NCBI GenBank assembly: GCA_963823095.1 | Contig: CAWGKI010000019.1 | Location: forward strand, 181,129-245,128 | Direction of reading: 5' to 3' | DNA from: Terriglobia bacterium | GTDB lineage: Bacteria > Acidobacteriota > Terriglobia > Bryobacterales > Bryobacteraceae | Length of the DNA: 64,000 nucleotides | Made by a program: the position numbers and the translations under genes | Notes under the pieces: model-generated | Told to the model about the DNA's origin: nothing | Database searches by the model: none | What the model saw: only the letters and a program-made list of their open reading frames with translations | Shown: positions 10,433 to 19,961 of the stretch, piece after piece | Numbering within the stretch: the stretch's first letter is position 1 | Layout: each line of letters opens with the position of its first letter

Positions 10433-11594
10433 ATTCAACCACGGAACGATTTACGGCGAGGAGGAAATCGCCGCCGTCCTGGAGGTGATGAAGGCCAACG
10501 CGCCCTCCACCGGCCCCAAGGTCAAGGAATTCGAAGAGGGCTTCGCCGCCTATTGTGGAGCTAATCACAGCCTCGCTGTGACGTCAGCGACGGCCGGACT
10601 GCATCTGGCCTTGATCGCGGCGGGGGTCGGCCCCGGCGACGAAGTCATCACCACACCGATAAGTTGGATCTCGACGGCAAATGCCGCGGCAGCTCTCGGC
10701 GCGCGCCTCGTCTTCGCGGACGTCGATGAGCGCACGCTGAACCTCGATCCGGTTTCGGTCGCCGCCAAAATCACGCCGCGAACGAAAGTGATTCTTCCGG
10801 TCCACCTCTATGGGCAGTGCTGCGACATGGGCGCTCTGAATGAGATCGCCCGTCCGCGTGGCATTCGCGTGATCGAGGACTGTGCCCACGCCGCGGGAGG
10901 CGAGTGGAAAGGCCGGAAGAGCGGGACGCTCGGCGACATTGGCTGCTTCAGCTTTCATCAGCAGAAGAACATGGTCACGCTCGGCGAAGGCGGCATGAAC
11001 ACGACGAGCGACCGCGGGCTGTACGAGAAGATGCTCTCCTTCAGGTCGCTCTGCTGCCGGACCTACGACCCCAAGGGCAAGTACCTGCCCATCGACGAAT
11101 CGGTCACCCCGATGGGCATGCGCTACTGGTATCTCGATTTCGACGGCGTCGGGTTCAACTACCGCATGACGGACATGCAGGCCGCCGTCGGGATTGTGCA
11201 ACTGCGCCGCCTCGACGGGCTCAATGCTCGGCGAGCCGAAATCGCGGCCATGTACAACGAACGCCTCGCTGACATCCCCGGCCTTGTTTTGCCCTACGTG
11301 TCGCCGGATGTAAAGCATGTCTTCCACGTCTACTGTGTCCTCGTCAAGCCGGAATTCGGCATGAGCAAGGAGGAGTTCATGTGGAAGCTCTACACCGAGA
11401 AACGGATCAAGGTCTGGTCCCACTACATGCCCATTCACTTGACGACCGTGTATCGCAACCAGGGGCACGGTGCCGGCGAGTGTCCCGTCGCCGAGCGGCT
11501 GTTCCACGAGTACGTCAGCATCCCCATCCATCCCCGCTTGACGGACGAAGCGATCGATTACGTGACCGGCGCGATCCGGGAACTCGCGAAATGA
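10401..11594 (+). CDS. DegT/DnrJ/EryC1/StrS family PLP-dependent sugar aminotransferase
   Basis: Classic DegT N-terminus (YGEEEIAAVLEVMKANAPSTGPKVKEFEEGFAAYCGANHSLAVTSATAGLHLAL..GPGDEVITTPISWIST) and PLP-lysine region (..SFHQQKNMVTLGEGG..); ATG 10401 chosen over TTG 10359; stop overlaps next gene start (ATGA at 11592). Confidence 0.85.
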   Translation: MQLPKAIHELEFNHGTIYGEEEIAAVLEVMKANAPSTGPKVKEFEEGFAAYCGANHSLAVTSATAGLHLALIAAGVGPGDEVITTPISWISTANAAAALGARLVFADVDERTLNLDPVSVAAKITPRTKVILPVHLYGQCCDMGALNEIARPRGIRVIEDCAHAAGGEWKGRKSGTLGDIGCFSFHQQKNMVTLGEGGMNTTSDRGLYEKMLSFRSLCCRTYDPKGKYLPIDESVTPMGMRYWYLDFDGVGFNYRMTDMQAAVGIVQLRRLDGLNARRAEIAAMYNERLADIPGLVLPYVSPDVKHVFHVYCVLVKPEFGMSKEEFMWKLYTEKRIKVWSHYMPIHLTTVYRNQGHGAGECPVAERLFHEYVSIPIHPRLTDEAIDYVTGAIRELAK

Positions 11595-12992
11595 ACGAAT
11601 TCACAGCGGCTGTGGAAGGGTTGCGGCAGCCTGGCGGCTGCTTCGCACTGCCGGGACGGATATGCATCGCCCGCTCGCCAGGTCGCCTGGACGTGATGGG
11701 CGGAAACGTGGACTACACGGGTGGACTGGTTTTTCAAGCCACGATTAGGGAGGCGACCTGGGCTGCTGCGCAACTCCGGGACGATGGCTTGCTCGTCTTG
11801 CATAATCCGCAGATGGCGGAAAGCGGATGGCGTTCCGTGGTCGAGTTCCCTCTCTCCTCGTTAGTCGACGAAGCCGAGACGCGGCGCTTGGTGAATGCCT
11901 CTGCGGATGTCCGCTGGACGAGTTACGTGGCGGGCGTCTTCCACCTCCTGTTGCGCCGTTATCCTGAGAAGCTCGCGCGCGGAGCGACGCTCTACATCGA
12001 GTCGAATGTGCCACTCAATAAAGGCGTCAGTTCCTCGGCCGCCGTCGAAGTGGCCGTCATGAAAGCCGCCGTTGCGGCCTACGGCATCCCGTCTCGCTGG
12101 TATCGAGCTGGCCCAAGCCTGCCAGTGGGTGGAGAATGTCATCGCCGAATCCGGGTGCGGCATCATGGACCAGGCTGCGGCTGTGCTCGGCGACGAGGGG
12201 CACATGTTGCCGCTGCTGTGCCAGCCCTGCACGCCATATCCTCTGGTCCGCCTGCCCGATCAGGTTACAGTCTGGGGTATCGATTCGGGTGTCAGCCACA
12301 TGGTGTCCGGCGTCGAATACGAAGCCGCTCGCGCTGCATCATTCATGGGCTACAAAATGATCTGCGACCTGGAGGGGCTCCCGGTTCGGCTCGATGAGAG
12401 CGGCAAGATCCCGCGCTTCACCGATCCGCGATGGAATGGCTATTTCTCGGACATTGATGCATCGCTGTTCCGGTCCAGATATGAAATGGAACTTCCGGAA
12501 ATCATGACCTCGCGGGAGTATCTGGCAATCGCGCGCGAGCACGTGGACCCGTTCAGTACTATGCGCGAGGACGCTCGCTACAGGGTGAGAGCTTGCACTC
12601 GCTACGCCATCGAAGAGCATCTCAGAATCAGGACATTTGTCTCGCTGGCGCGCTGTGCGGCGAGCACGGACTCGCACGAGCCGTTCAGGATCATGGGCGA
12701 GTTGATGTACCAGTCCAACTGGGCTTACACCGAGTGTGGTCTCGGTTGCGACGCAATCGACCAAATTGTCGAACTGGTGCGTGAGGCGGGTCCGCGGAGT
12801 GGGCTCTTTGGCGCAAAAGTCTCTGGTGGTGGCGCTGGCGGCACGGTGGTTGTACTCGGACTCAAGACGGCAGCCGAAGCGTTTCGAAATGTAGTGCAAA
12901 AGTACGCCGCGGCGCGTGGTTTCGAGCCGTATGTTTTCGAGGGTAGTTCCGCCGGCGCGGACCGCTTTGGCACTCTGGTCGTAGGAAACTGA
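11592..12992 (+). pseudogene. GHMP-family sugar kinase (galactokinase-like), interrupted by a 1-nt frameshift near 12091-12093
   Basis: N-terminal part in frame of 11381-ORF (..GRLDVMGGNVDYTGG.., ..NVPLNKGVSSSAAVEVAVMKAAVAAYGIP) continues in frame of 12072-ORF (LAGIELAQACQWVENVIAESGCGIMDQAAAV..); removing one nt at about 12092 restores AAYGIPLAGIELAQ. Confidence 0.7.
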
Positions 12993-13205
12993 CGACGGCC
13001 TGCCCATGATTGGCGACTTACGGAGCCGTTCCGCGAAGGGCTGCCGCTCAGTCTCTGCGAGGTAATGGGATGCGCACACTCGAATGGACCGCCGCACTGA
13101 TAGTCGCCACCTGCCTTGGCCCGGTAGCCCGAGGCGCAGTCGCCCGAGGTCGGCAAACAACGCAAACTCATCTTCCATGACATCCGGACAGATCGCGACG
13201 GCAAG

Positions 13206-14648
13206 TTGCTGCCCTGGTATTCCGACGACCCTGGCACGGCCTACGACCACGTATTGGGGTTGCTCTGGAACTACTGGAAGTACATGCCGTCGTTTTACGA
13301 ACTCGCTCCGGGTGGTAAGCCGTATGGCGGGCTGAACGTCAAGAAGTACCTCGTCTTTCGAACGCTGGAGGATCAAGGCGTGGGGGGCGATCAGTTCGCG
13401 ATGCTCCTCTCGTCCTGGAAGTTGTATTACGCCTACTCGGGCGACCGCGACGTCCTGGACAACATGATCTACCAGGCGGATCACTACCTGGCTCACAGCC
13501 TTTCTCCCGCGTCGTCGGCCTGGCCCAACTTGCCTTATCCCTGCAACCTCACGCGGAACGCTGTTTACGACGGTGACCTGACCTCCGGCAAAGACATTAC
13601 GCAACCGGACAAGGCGGCTTCGTTCGCCGCGGAACTCGTCGATCTCTACAAGATCACTGGCGAACGGAAGTATCTCGAAGCCGCCGACAAGATCGCCACG
13701 ACGCTGGCTGTCCGGACCAAGGCGGGCGATGCCGACAACTCACCCCTGCCATTCAAAGTGAACGCGTTGACCGGTGAGGTGAAGTCCCGCTACACAACCA
13801 ACTGGACGGGCGCCTTGCGACTTTTCGAGTCTCTCATCGCGCTGAAAACCGGAGACGCCGCCGCCTATCAAAAGGCATTCGATCTGCTGAGCGCATGGCT
13901 CAAGCAGTACCCCATGCAGACCAACAAGTGGGGACCGTTCTTCGAGGACATCCCTGGCTGGTCGGACACTGAGATCAACGAAGGCTCCATGGCCTGGTAC
14001 ATCCTGGAGCACCCATCCTGGGACGCCGACTGGAAGCGCGACGTGCGCGCCATGCAGGACTGGGCGATCGGCAAGTTCACCATCCGGCACTGGGAGCAGT
14101 ATGGGCTGACCGTGATTGGCGAGCAGACTGTCTACAACATGCAGGGCAACAGCCACACTTCGCGTCACGCCTCGGTCGAGTTGCGATATGCGGAAGAGGC
14201 CGGCGACCAAGCGCGCGTCGAGGAGTCCATTCGCCAATTGAGTTGGGCCACCTACATGGTCGATTTCGATGGCAAGAATCGCTACCCCAATTTCGATACC
14301 TACGAACTCTGGTGGACGGACGGATATGGCGACTACGTGCGGCACTACCTTCGGGCCATGGCGGCTTGTCCGCGCGTCGCTCCGCCGGACCAGGATCATC
14401 TTCTGCGCTCGACATCGGTCGTGCGCAAGATCGAATACTCGCCAAACGAGATTCGCTACTCCACGTTCGACAGCAGCGCGACCGAGGTGCTGAGATTGAA
14501 AGCAAAGCCGCAACGGATCACAGCCGGTGGATCGTCTCTTCGTCGACGAACTGCAAGCGGGGATGGATGGACATGGGAACCCCTCAAACACGGCGGAATC
14601 CTGCACCTGCGTCACAGCTCTTCCGCGGACGTGATGATCCGCATGTGA
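13206..14648 (+). CDS. secreted hydrolase-like paralog (480 aa as called; probable N-terminal frameshift separating it from a signal peptide ORF starting 13069)
   Basis: Paralogous to 1161-3221(-). A signal-peptide ORF (MRTLEWTAALIVATCLGPVARG.., ATG 13069) lies in another frame and the frame of the CDS is open back to 13128 (..KLIFHDIRTDRDGKLLPW matches paralog ..VQRDGEGKLLPW), implying a frameshift between about 13125 and 13165. Confidence 0.65.
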   Translation: MLPWYSDDPGTAYDHVLGLLWNYWKYMPSFYELAPGGKPYGGLNVKKYLVFRTLEDQGVGGDQFAMLLSSWKLYYAYSGDRDVLDNMIYQADHYLAHSLSPASSAWPNLPYPCNLTRNAVYDGDLTSGKDITQPDKAASFAAELVDLYKITGERKYLEAADKIATTLAVRTKAGDADNSPLPFKVNALTGEVKSRYTTNWTGALRLFESLIALKTGDAAAYQKAFDLLSAWLKQYPMQTNKWGPFFEDIPGWSDTEINEGSMAWYILEHPSWDADWKRDVRAMQDWAIGKFTIRHWEQYGLTVIGEQTVYNMQGNSHTSRHASVELRYAEEAGDQARVEESIRQLSWATYMVDFDGKNRYPNFDTYELWWTDGYGDYVRHYLRAMAACPRVAPPDQDHLLRSTSVVRKIEYSPNEIRYSTFDSSATEVLRLKAKPQRITAGGSSLRRRTASGDGWTWEPLKHGGILHLRHSSSADVMIRM

Positions 14649-14879
14649 CCAGCGGGGAGGAATCGGTAATAGTCTTCGTGACAATCCGCATTCGGGAGGC
14701 GCAGAGAGGCTTCTATCACATTGATTTTGCGGAAGGCCCATCGACCAAGGCCTCCGCGGAAGACCCCAGCGTACTGGCACCAACTCGGCCTTTTGGAATG
14801 AATAACTTGCGTGAAACGGAGCAGAGGAGGAATTGATTCTGAAGGAGGAAGAAACTGGCTTAAGTCTAATGGAATTAAT

Positions 14880-14929
14880 TGGTTGCGGGGGTAGGATTTG
14901 AACCTACGACCTTTGGGTTATGAGCCCAA
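14880..14929 (-). repeat. 50-nt exact copy of the 3' half of tRNA-Met (anticodon stem to CCA): putative att core repeat (distal island end)
   Basis: 14880-14929 is identical to 30722-30771 (..ttggttgcgggggtaggatttgaacctacgacctttgggttatgagcccaa); identity breaks in the anticodon stem; flank 14678-14879 is additionally homologous (about 70 to 95%) to 30520-30721. Confidence 0.7.
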
Positions 14930-15333
14930 AAAATGATTTGCCCTCAGTTCCCCTCCATTGCCCTGGCTTCCCCCAAGATAGTGATTTCATTGCCCTGGGG
15001 TGCCCTCAGTTTGGTGACAAAATTGGTGACAGTTGCCCTCGATTGCCCTGGGTTCCCCAACGGATTGGTGACAGAATTGGTGACGACTTTCGCCTCCTCG
15101 TTTGCGACCGACATGTGCAAGCTAGACTGCATGCAGGCGCCATTATCCACAGGCCGCTGCCCATCGTCAAGCTTGTATTGCTTGTCGCGCTCATTCGGAG
15201 CATTACCGTAGCACCCGGCCAGGGTCAATCGGACGCCGGTGATTGCAGCAGAGGATTGGGAAGACGCAATCAGGAGGACACCAAACTAATACTCCCGCCT
15301 CTCCGACGCGTCCTGGCACAACCTACTCCTCGG

Positions 15334-15783
15334 TCACTTCGGCCCGGTTGAACCCTCAAGATCGGTGGCCCAATCCACGACCGTCAGAAACGGAGTCACG
15401 TGCTGAAAGGCTTTGTCGTGGGAGACGAGGACTGCACCGGTAGACAGTGCGTGTGAGGCGATAAGCAGGTCCATGACTGCAAGGCTCTTCCCCGCCGTCT
15501 TCAAGCGGGACCGCAGTCTTCCGTATGCTTGCGCTGCGGCAGAGTCCCAGGAGCGTATCTCGACTGCATCAAACAGCGTCTCAACCGAGGCCCGAAGGCG
15601 CGTGGCTTCCGGCTTCGACTCCAGCCCAAACAGAATCTCTGCTTCGGTAATCGTAGAAATCCCCACGGCTGTATGTTGAAGCGTCTGCTTCAACATCTCT
15701 CGCGCCGATTGTGAGCGACCGCTGACGATGTACGCTGTGATATTCGTATCGAGCAGATAGAGCGAAGAGCCGGTCACATCCAC
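15334..15783 (-). CDS. vapC: VapC family toxin (PIN domain ribonuclease)
   Basis: PIN-domain signature LYLLDTNITAYIV..; acidic residues spaced as in VapC; GTG start overlaps upstream antitoxin gene. Confidence 0.8.
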   Translation of the reverse strand: MDVTGSSLYLLDTNITAYIVSGRSQSAREMLKQTLQHTAVGISTITEAEILFGLESKPEATRLRASVETLFDAVEIRSWDSAAAQAYGRLRSRLKTAGKSLAVMDLLIASHALSTGAVLVSHDKAFQHVTPFLTVVDWATDLEGSTGPK

Positions 15784-16025
15784 TCCCGATCGACGGGCAG
15801 CGAGAGGTCGCGATCGAGCTCAAACTCAGCGGCACCGGCGGCATCGAGCGTTGCGAAGATTTCGTCCAGTGAGGGGCGGAGAGGCTTCTCTGAAAGAATA
15901 AGCACTCCGGTTTTGGGATTGCGCTCGATGTAGACTTCCTCAGTGTTGAACCGATATTCGGCCGGAATGCGGACTGCCTGGCTACGGCCATTGCGGAACA
16001 CACGAGCCTTTGTGGTTACAGCCAT
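15774..16025 (-). CDS. vapB: VapB family antitoxin (AbrB/SpoVT-type)
   Basis: FRNGRSQAVRIPAEYRF.. motif typical of AbrB-fold VapB antitoxins; 83 aa; overlaps vapC start by about 10 nt. Confidence 0.8.
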   Translation of the reverse strand: MAVTTKARVFRNGRSQAVRIPAEYRFNTEEVYIERNPKTGVLILSEKPLRPSLDEIFATLDAAGAAEFELDRDLSLPVDREWM

Positions 16026-16232
16026 CGGGATTCCCCTTTGATATCCATCATGATAGGCATCACGGCCGATGTCAAGATCTTGGGCACTCGCGAGAAATCA
16101 CCGGTGTCGTGCTTCCGGAAAACAAGTTCCTTTCGGGCTGCACTCGAATCCCGGGCTCACACGAGGTTACTCCCCACGAATCCGAGTGCCTCTGAAAATG
16201 CAGCGTGGTGAGAGGGAGCGCCTTTGCCGGAT

Positions 16233-17055
16233 GTGTTGCAACTTTGAAAGGGCAGCAAGTGACTCACTCGGTGGGTCGATTGGAGGCTACCTCGGGCAGC
16301 CAGATCGAACAACTTGTGGATGAACTGAATCTGCCTTGAAACATCCGAGCCGCTCACCCCCTGCGCCTGCCCCTTCCGGATCATATGCATCGCCTCGTAG
16401 CCCTCGATGGTTCGGCGCGCCGCGTGAAATTCGCGAAAGCCCTGCTCGGCTTTTACTCGTCGTTTGATCGCTCGATGGTCTTGCTCCAGCACATGATTCA
16501 AATACTGCACCGGGCGGTGCCGGCAGCGGCGACGAAGCGTACCTTCTTCTTTGACCCCCGGAATGGCGGGGTCTTAGATGCGGGCCTGGTCGGTGTCGAT
16601 CACGCGAGGCTGGGGATGCGCTGGATCGGCGAGAGCCTTGCGGAATAGTCGTTTGGCGGCTGCGGCATCACGCAACGCCGAGAGCAGGAAGTAGATGGTG
16701 GCGCCGCAGGAATCGATGGCTCGATACAGGTAGCACCAGCGGCCCTGCACTCGAATGTAAGTCTCATCTACGCGCCAGGATTTGTTGGTCGGCTTGAAAT
16801 GACGGCGCAGGCGTTGATCCAGTCCGGGGCCGTAGCGTTGCACCCAGTGCCAAATTGTCGTGTGGTCCGCCTCCACGCCGCGCTTAGTGAGCAGTTCTTC
16901 GACATCGCGGACCAAGAGCGAGTAGCGAAGATACCAACGCACGGCACAAAGAATGAACTCGGGGACCGTTTGCCGCCACTTGAAGATCGTCGGACGGATT
17001 ACCTTCTTCCCGGTCAATTCAGGCTGCCAGCCCCCACCTGGCAAAGTTGCAACAC
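16233..17055. mobile_element. IS6-family insertion sequence (about 823 bp) with imperfect terminal inverted repeats
   Basis: Left end gtgttgcaactttg (16233-16246) and right end ggcaaagttgcaacac (17040-17055) form IRs resembling IS26 GGCACTGTTGCAAA; internal transposase homologous to IS26 Tnp. Confidence 0.65.
16270..17017 (-). pseudogene. IS6-family (IS26-like) DDE transposase, frameshifted between about 16510 and 16575
   Basis: N-terminal piece (16574-17083 ORF: ..ILCAVRWYLRYSLLVRDVEELLTKRGVEADHTTIWHWVQRYGP..WRVDETYIRVQGRWCYLYRAID..VIDTDQA) and C-terminal piece (16157-16510 ORF: ..QYLNHVLEQDHRAIKRR..GF..TIEGYEAMHMIRKGQA) match IS26 Tnp but sit in different frames. Confidence 0.65.
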
Positions 17056-17333
17056 AACCGACTTTGACCCCTCCAGGCTCCAATTTCGTCCTGGTGCGGA
17101 GGACCCGAAACCGGGAATTCCAGGCAATTCAAGGCGTTTTACAGACACCGCTGCGGACCCTCCATCCTGCGCAACCGGATTTCGCTGACTCGTTGCCCAC
17201 GCGCTTCCGAAGAGCGTGTTTCCGGAACCGCCGAACGCGCCTCGTCGGACACCCGCTGGGCTTGGCGGCGGCACGCTCTGGAGGCCCAGATTCCGATACG
17301 CACGAAGGCGAAGCCGATATCGCCGTGGAAAAA

Positions 17334-17363
17334 TTACGAATAAGTGAAGTTTAGATGTATAAT
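17334..17363 (+). promoter_or_regulatory. extended -10 promoter (TTACGA-18 nt-TGTATAAT) upstream of SGNH hydrolase gene
   Basis: AT-rich patch in GC-rich DNA; tgtataat at 17356-17363; weak -35 ttacga 17334-17339. Confidence 0.3.
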
Positions 17364-17432
17364 CATCTCCGTTTAAGATTCAATATCGCTTTCAGGCGCA
17401 TGAAAACCGCTGAAGAACGGTAAGGGGATCGT

Positions 17433-18668
17433 ATGAAGCTTCTGCTTTGGATTGTGACGCTGACCGCGTGTATCGCTCCGGCGTCGGGTCAACGGAAGGC
17501 CGATCTTTCGAGGCTCGTCGTTATCGGCGACTCTTTGAGCGCGGGCTATCAAAATGGCTCGCTGCTCTCAACACAGCAGCCGCACGGCTATGCCAGTCTG
17601 GTCGCGAAGCAGGCCCAGGTGGCATTGTTCCTTCCTCTCATCGCTGCCCCGGGCATACCCAATGTCCTCGTTTTGTTGAGTCCCGGACCTCCGCCGATTA
17701 TTCTCCGGGCTCCCGGTGTGTCCTCCGGGCGTGTCGACCTCTCAACACAAGCCACCGATCTGGCGGTGCCCGGCCAGAACCTGCAAGACGCGCTAACCAC
17801 CCGGCCAAACTTGCCTATCGACGACATGACCGACCTGGTGCTGGGGCTCCCCGGTCTCCTGGCGGGGGTTTCCAAGAGTCAGGTGGAATGGGCTGAATCG
17901 CTCAACCCCACGACGGTCCTGGTCTGGCTGGGCAATAACGACGCCCTCGGCGCCGCAATCGCCGCGGACTCGAGCATCCTCACCCCGACCGCGCAATTCC
18001 AAGCGGCCTTTACGCAGGTCATGGACCGACTAGAGGCAACAGGGGCGAAACTCGTGGTCGCGAACATTCCCGATGTCACCGTGATTCCCTACCTGACCCC
18101 GGCGCTGAAGGTGGCTGAGACAGTGGGATTGCCCCTTTCAATAATTGGCCCGATTCTGGGGATCCAAGACGGCGATTTCGTTACTCCGGACGCGCTACCG
18201 CTGATTCCAGCCATCCTGCATGACCCAGCGCTGGGACCTTTGCCGGGCAACGTGGTGCTAACCGCCGCCGAGGTCGTGCAGATTCGCGCCGCCGTCGCCA
18301 GTTACAACCAGATCATCGAGTCGCAAGCTCGGGCCAAGGGAGCCGCTCTTGTGGACATCCACGCTCTTCTCAACCGAATCCACGCACAGGGATTCGTGAT
18401 TGATGGACACAGGCTCACCACGGACTTTCTCGGCGGCATCTTCTCGCTGGACGGTATTCACCCTACAAACACCGGGGCAGCGATACTCGCCAACGCATTC
18501 ATACACGCGCTAAACAGACATTTCGCAGCAGGCATTTCACCTGTCAACGTCGAGCAGATCGCCAGCACCGACCCATTAGTTCTACCCGGCGTCGGTCGCC
18601 CGGTGTCTTCGCTCGGGCACATCGACTCCGAGACCGCCGATTCGGTTCGGAAGCTGGTGGTTCACTGA
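17433..18668 (+). CDS. secreted SGNH/GDSL-family hydrolase (lipase/esterase-like)
   Basis: Signal peptide MKLLLWIVTLTACIAPASG; block I VVIGDSLSAGY (GDSL Ser), C-terminal DGIHPT catalytic His block. Confidence 0.75.
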   Translation: MKLLLWIVTLTACIAPASGQRKADLSRLVVIGDSLSAGYQNGSLLSTQQPHGYASLVAKQAQVALFLPLIAAPGIPNVLVLLSPGPPPIILRAPGVSSGRVDLSTQATDLAVPGQNLQDALTTRPNLPIDDMTDLVLGLPGLLAGVSKSQVEWAESLNPTTVLVWLGNNDALGAAIAADSSILTPTAQFQAAFTQVMDRLEATGAKLVVANIPDVTVIPYLTPALKVAETVGLPLSIIGPILGIQDGDFVTPDALPLIPAILHDPALGPLPGNVVLTAAEVVQIRAAVASYNQIIESQARAKGAALVDIHALLNRIHAQGFVIDGHRLTTDFLGGIFSLDGIHPTNTGAAILANAFIHALNRHFAAGISPVNVEQIASTDPLVLPGVGRPVSSLGHIDSETADSVRKLVVH

Positions 18669-18670
18669 CT

Positions 18671-18697
18671 CGAGGAGCGGCCAGACTCGCTCCTCGA
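18671..18697 (+). terminator. GC-rich stem-loop directly after SGNH hydrolase stop (possible intrinsic terminator, no T-tract)
   Basis: tcgaggagcg-gccagac-tcgctcctcga: 8-bp stem, 7-nt loop, starts 3 nt after stop codon. Confidence 0.25.
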
Positions 18698-18903
18698 ACG
18701 TAGCGCCCGTGAGTCGTTGGCCGCAGTGAGTTCTCAGGGTATGGACGGCGAGTGAGTTGAGCTTCCGAAGCCAGTGTTCCTGTGAGCGGAGAGGGAACGG
18801 AGAACGAGCGGTCGTACGGTTCTCGCGAGTCGCCTCCCTTGCGGGATTGGGCCAACTCAGTCACTAGACCGTATCGTCTCGGCACGCCACGTGCAAACGG
18901 GCT

Positions 18904-19734
18904 TTGAAAGAAGAATCCAGCTTGAACCAGCCTCGACTGCATGTTTCATCGCGACTCTCCGAGGCCGAGTGGTTAGTGTCGCGACTGGCCCCTTTCGGCG
19001 CGTATAGCGTGAGCTCGGTCGCACCAGGCGGCTTCCCCGCTTATGTCAGAGTCCTGCACCCGGCGCAAGGCATGCATGGCGAGCGTCTCCGTTGGGCCGA
19101 AGTTGCAGCCAGATCTGGTCGCAGGATGCATCCACTTGTCCAATTCCATGCCATCAATCGGCCGCCTGTGTCTGGCTTGGAGTTCGCCATCACCCCCCCG
19201 GAGCCCGGCAATCTGCCGTCTGATCTGCTCAGGGTCGCCTCCGCTATTCTGGCTAATCACACAGCCACCCCTGACCACTGCTGGTTTTGCTTGTGGAATG
19301 GCTACGGCTGGCTACGCAACACGGCCGCGAGCCGGATGGAGTTCACGCCTACCGGCGCGTCCGCTGCCCCGGCAGCAACCCTCGATGACGCCACTGACTC
19401 GATGTCGCTGTCACAACTATTGCCGGCCGCGGTGCAAAACGTTCCTTGCGTTCATCTTCCCAACCGGGATTACCACCTGCTTGAGGGCCCGCTGGAAGCC
19501 GCCACCGAGCTCGGTTGGAATTTGACCAGCGACTGCTTTTTCCCGCAATCACCGAATCTGTTCTGGCCAGACGACCATGCCTGGTGCGTCGCGACTGAAA
19601 TCGATCTGTTCTGCACCCTGGTCGCCGGTTCGAACGCTTTGGCCGAGAGCCTGCTGGCTGACCCGCGTCTGGAGGTTTGGCGTGTCTTGCCCGACGACCC
19701 TGTGACGTGGGGCAGCGACGACATAAACACATGA
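18904..19734 (+). CDS. hypothetical protein (276 aa)
   Basis: Long ORF with codon-usage-like GC3 bias; no recognisable motifs. Confidence 0.35.
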   Translation: MKEESSLNQPRLHVSSRLSEAEWLVSRLAPFGAYSVSSVAPGGFPAYVRVLHPAQGMHGERLRWAEVAARSGRRMHPLVQFHAINRPPVSGLEFAITPPEPGNLPSDLLRVASAILANHTATPDHCWFCLWNGYGWLRNTAASRMEFTPTGASAAPAATLDDATDSMSLSQLLPAAVQNVPCVHLPNRDYHLLEGPLEAATELGWNLTSDCFFPQSPNLFWPDDHAWCVATEIDLFCTLVAGSNALAESLLADPRLEVWRVLPDDPVTWGSDDINT

Positions 19735-19961
19735 TCGGGGCAAGCCGGACAAGGTCCATGGGGTTACGCCGGATCAGAGTCATGCTTTCAGCACCGCGAC
19801 GCAACAACCTGGAATTGTCGTCGCCACTGGAGCTTCGATGCAGCGCTTACGCCCTGGAGACTTCCGCGAGCAATGAACCTCCAAATGGGACTCACAGGCT
19901 TGTTCTCAGCGGCTGTGATTGAGGAAGACAGGTGTACTCTCAGGGAACGCTGGATGCCAAG

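Noticed and set aside
10584-11531. 315-aa minus-strand ORF
   Set aside because: Antisense to the well-supported DegT aminotransferase; no motifs
12339-13604. 421-aa ORF on minus strand
   Set aside because: Arg/Gly/Pro-rich low-complexity translation lying antisense to the GHMP kinase gene; typical spurious ORF in high-GC DNA
13740-14783. 347-aa minus-strand ORF
   Set aside because: Antisense to the secreted paralog 13206-14648
14920-15351. 143-aa plus-strand ORF just inside the island end
   Set aside because: Translation is driven by the arm-type DNA repeats (ATTGCCCTGG / ATTGGTGAC), so it is probably non-coding att-adjacent DNA; no integrase or Xis similarity
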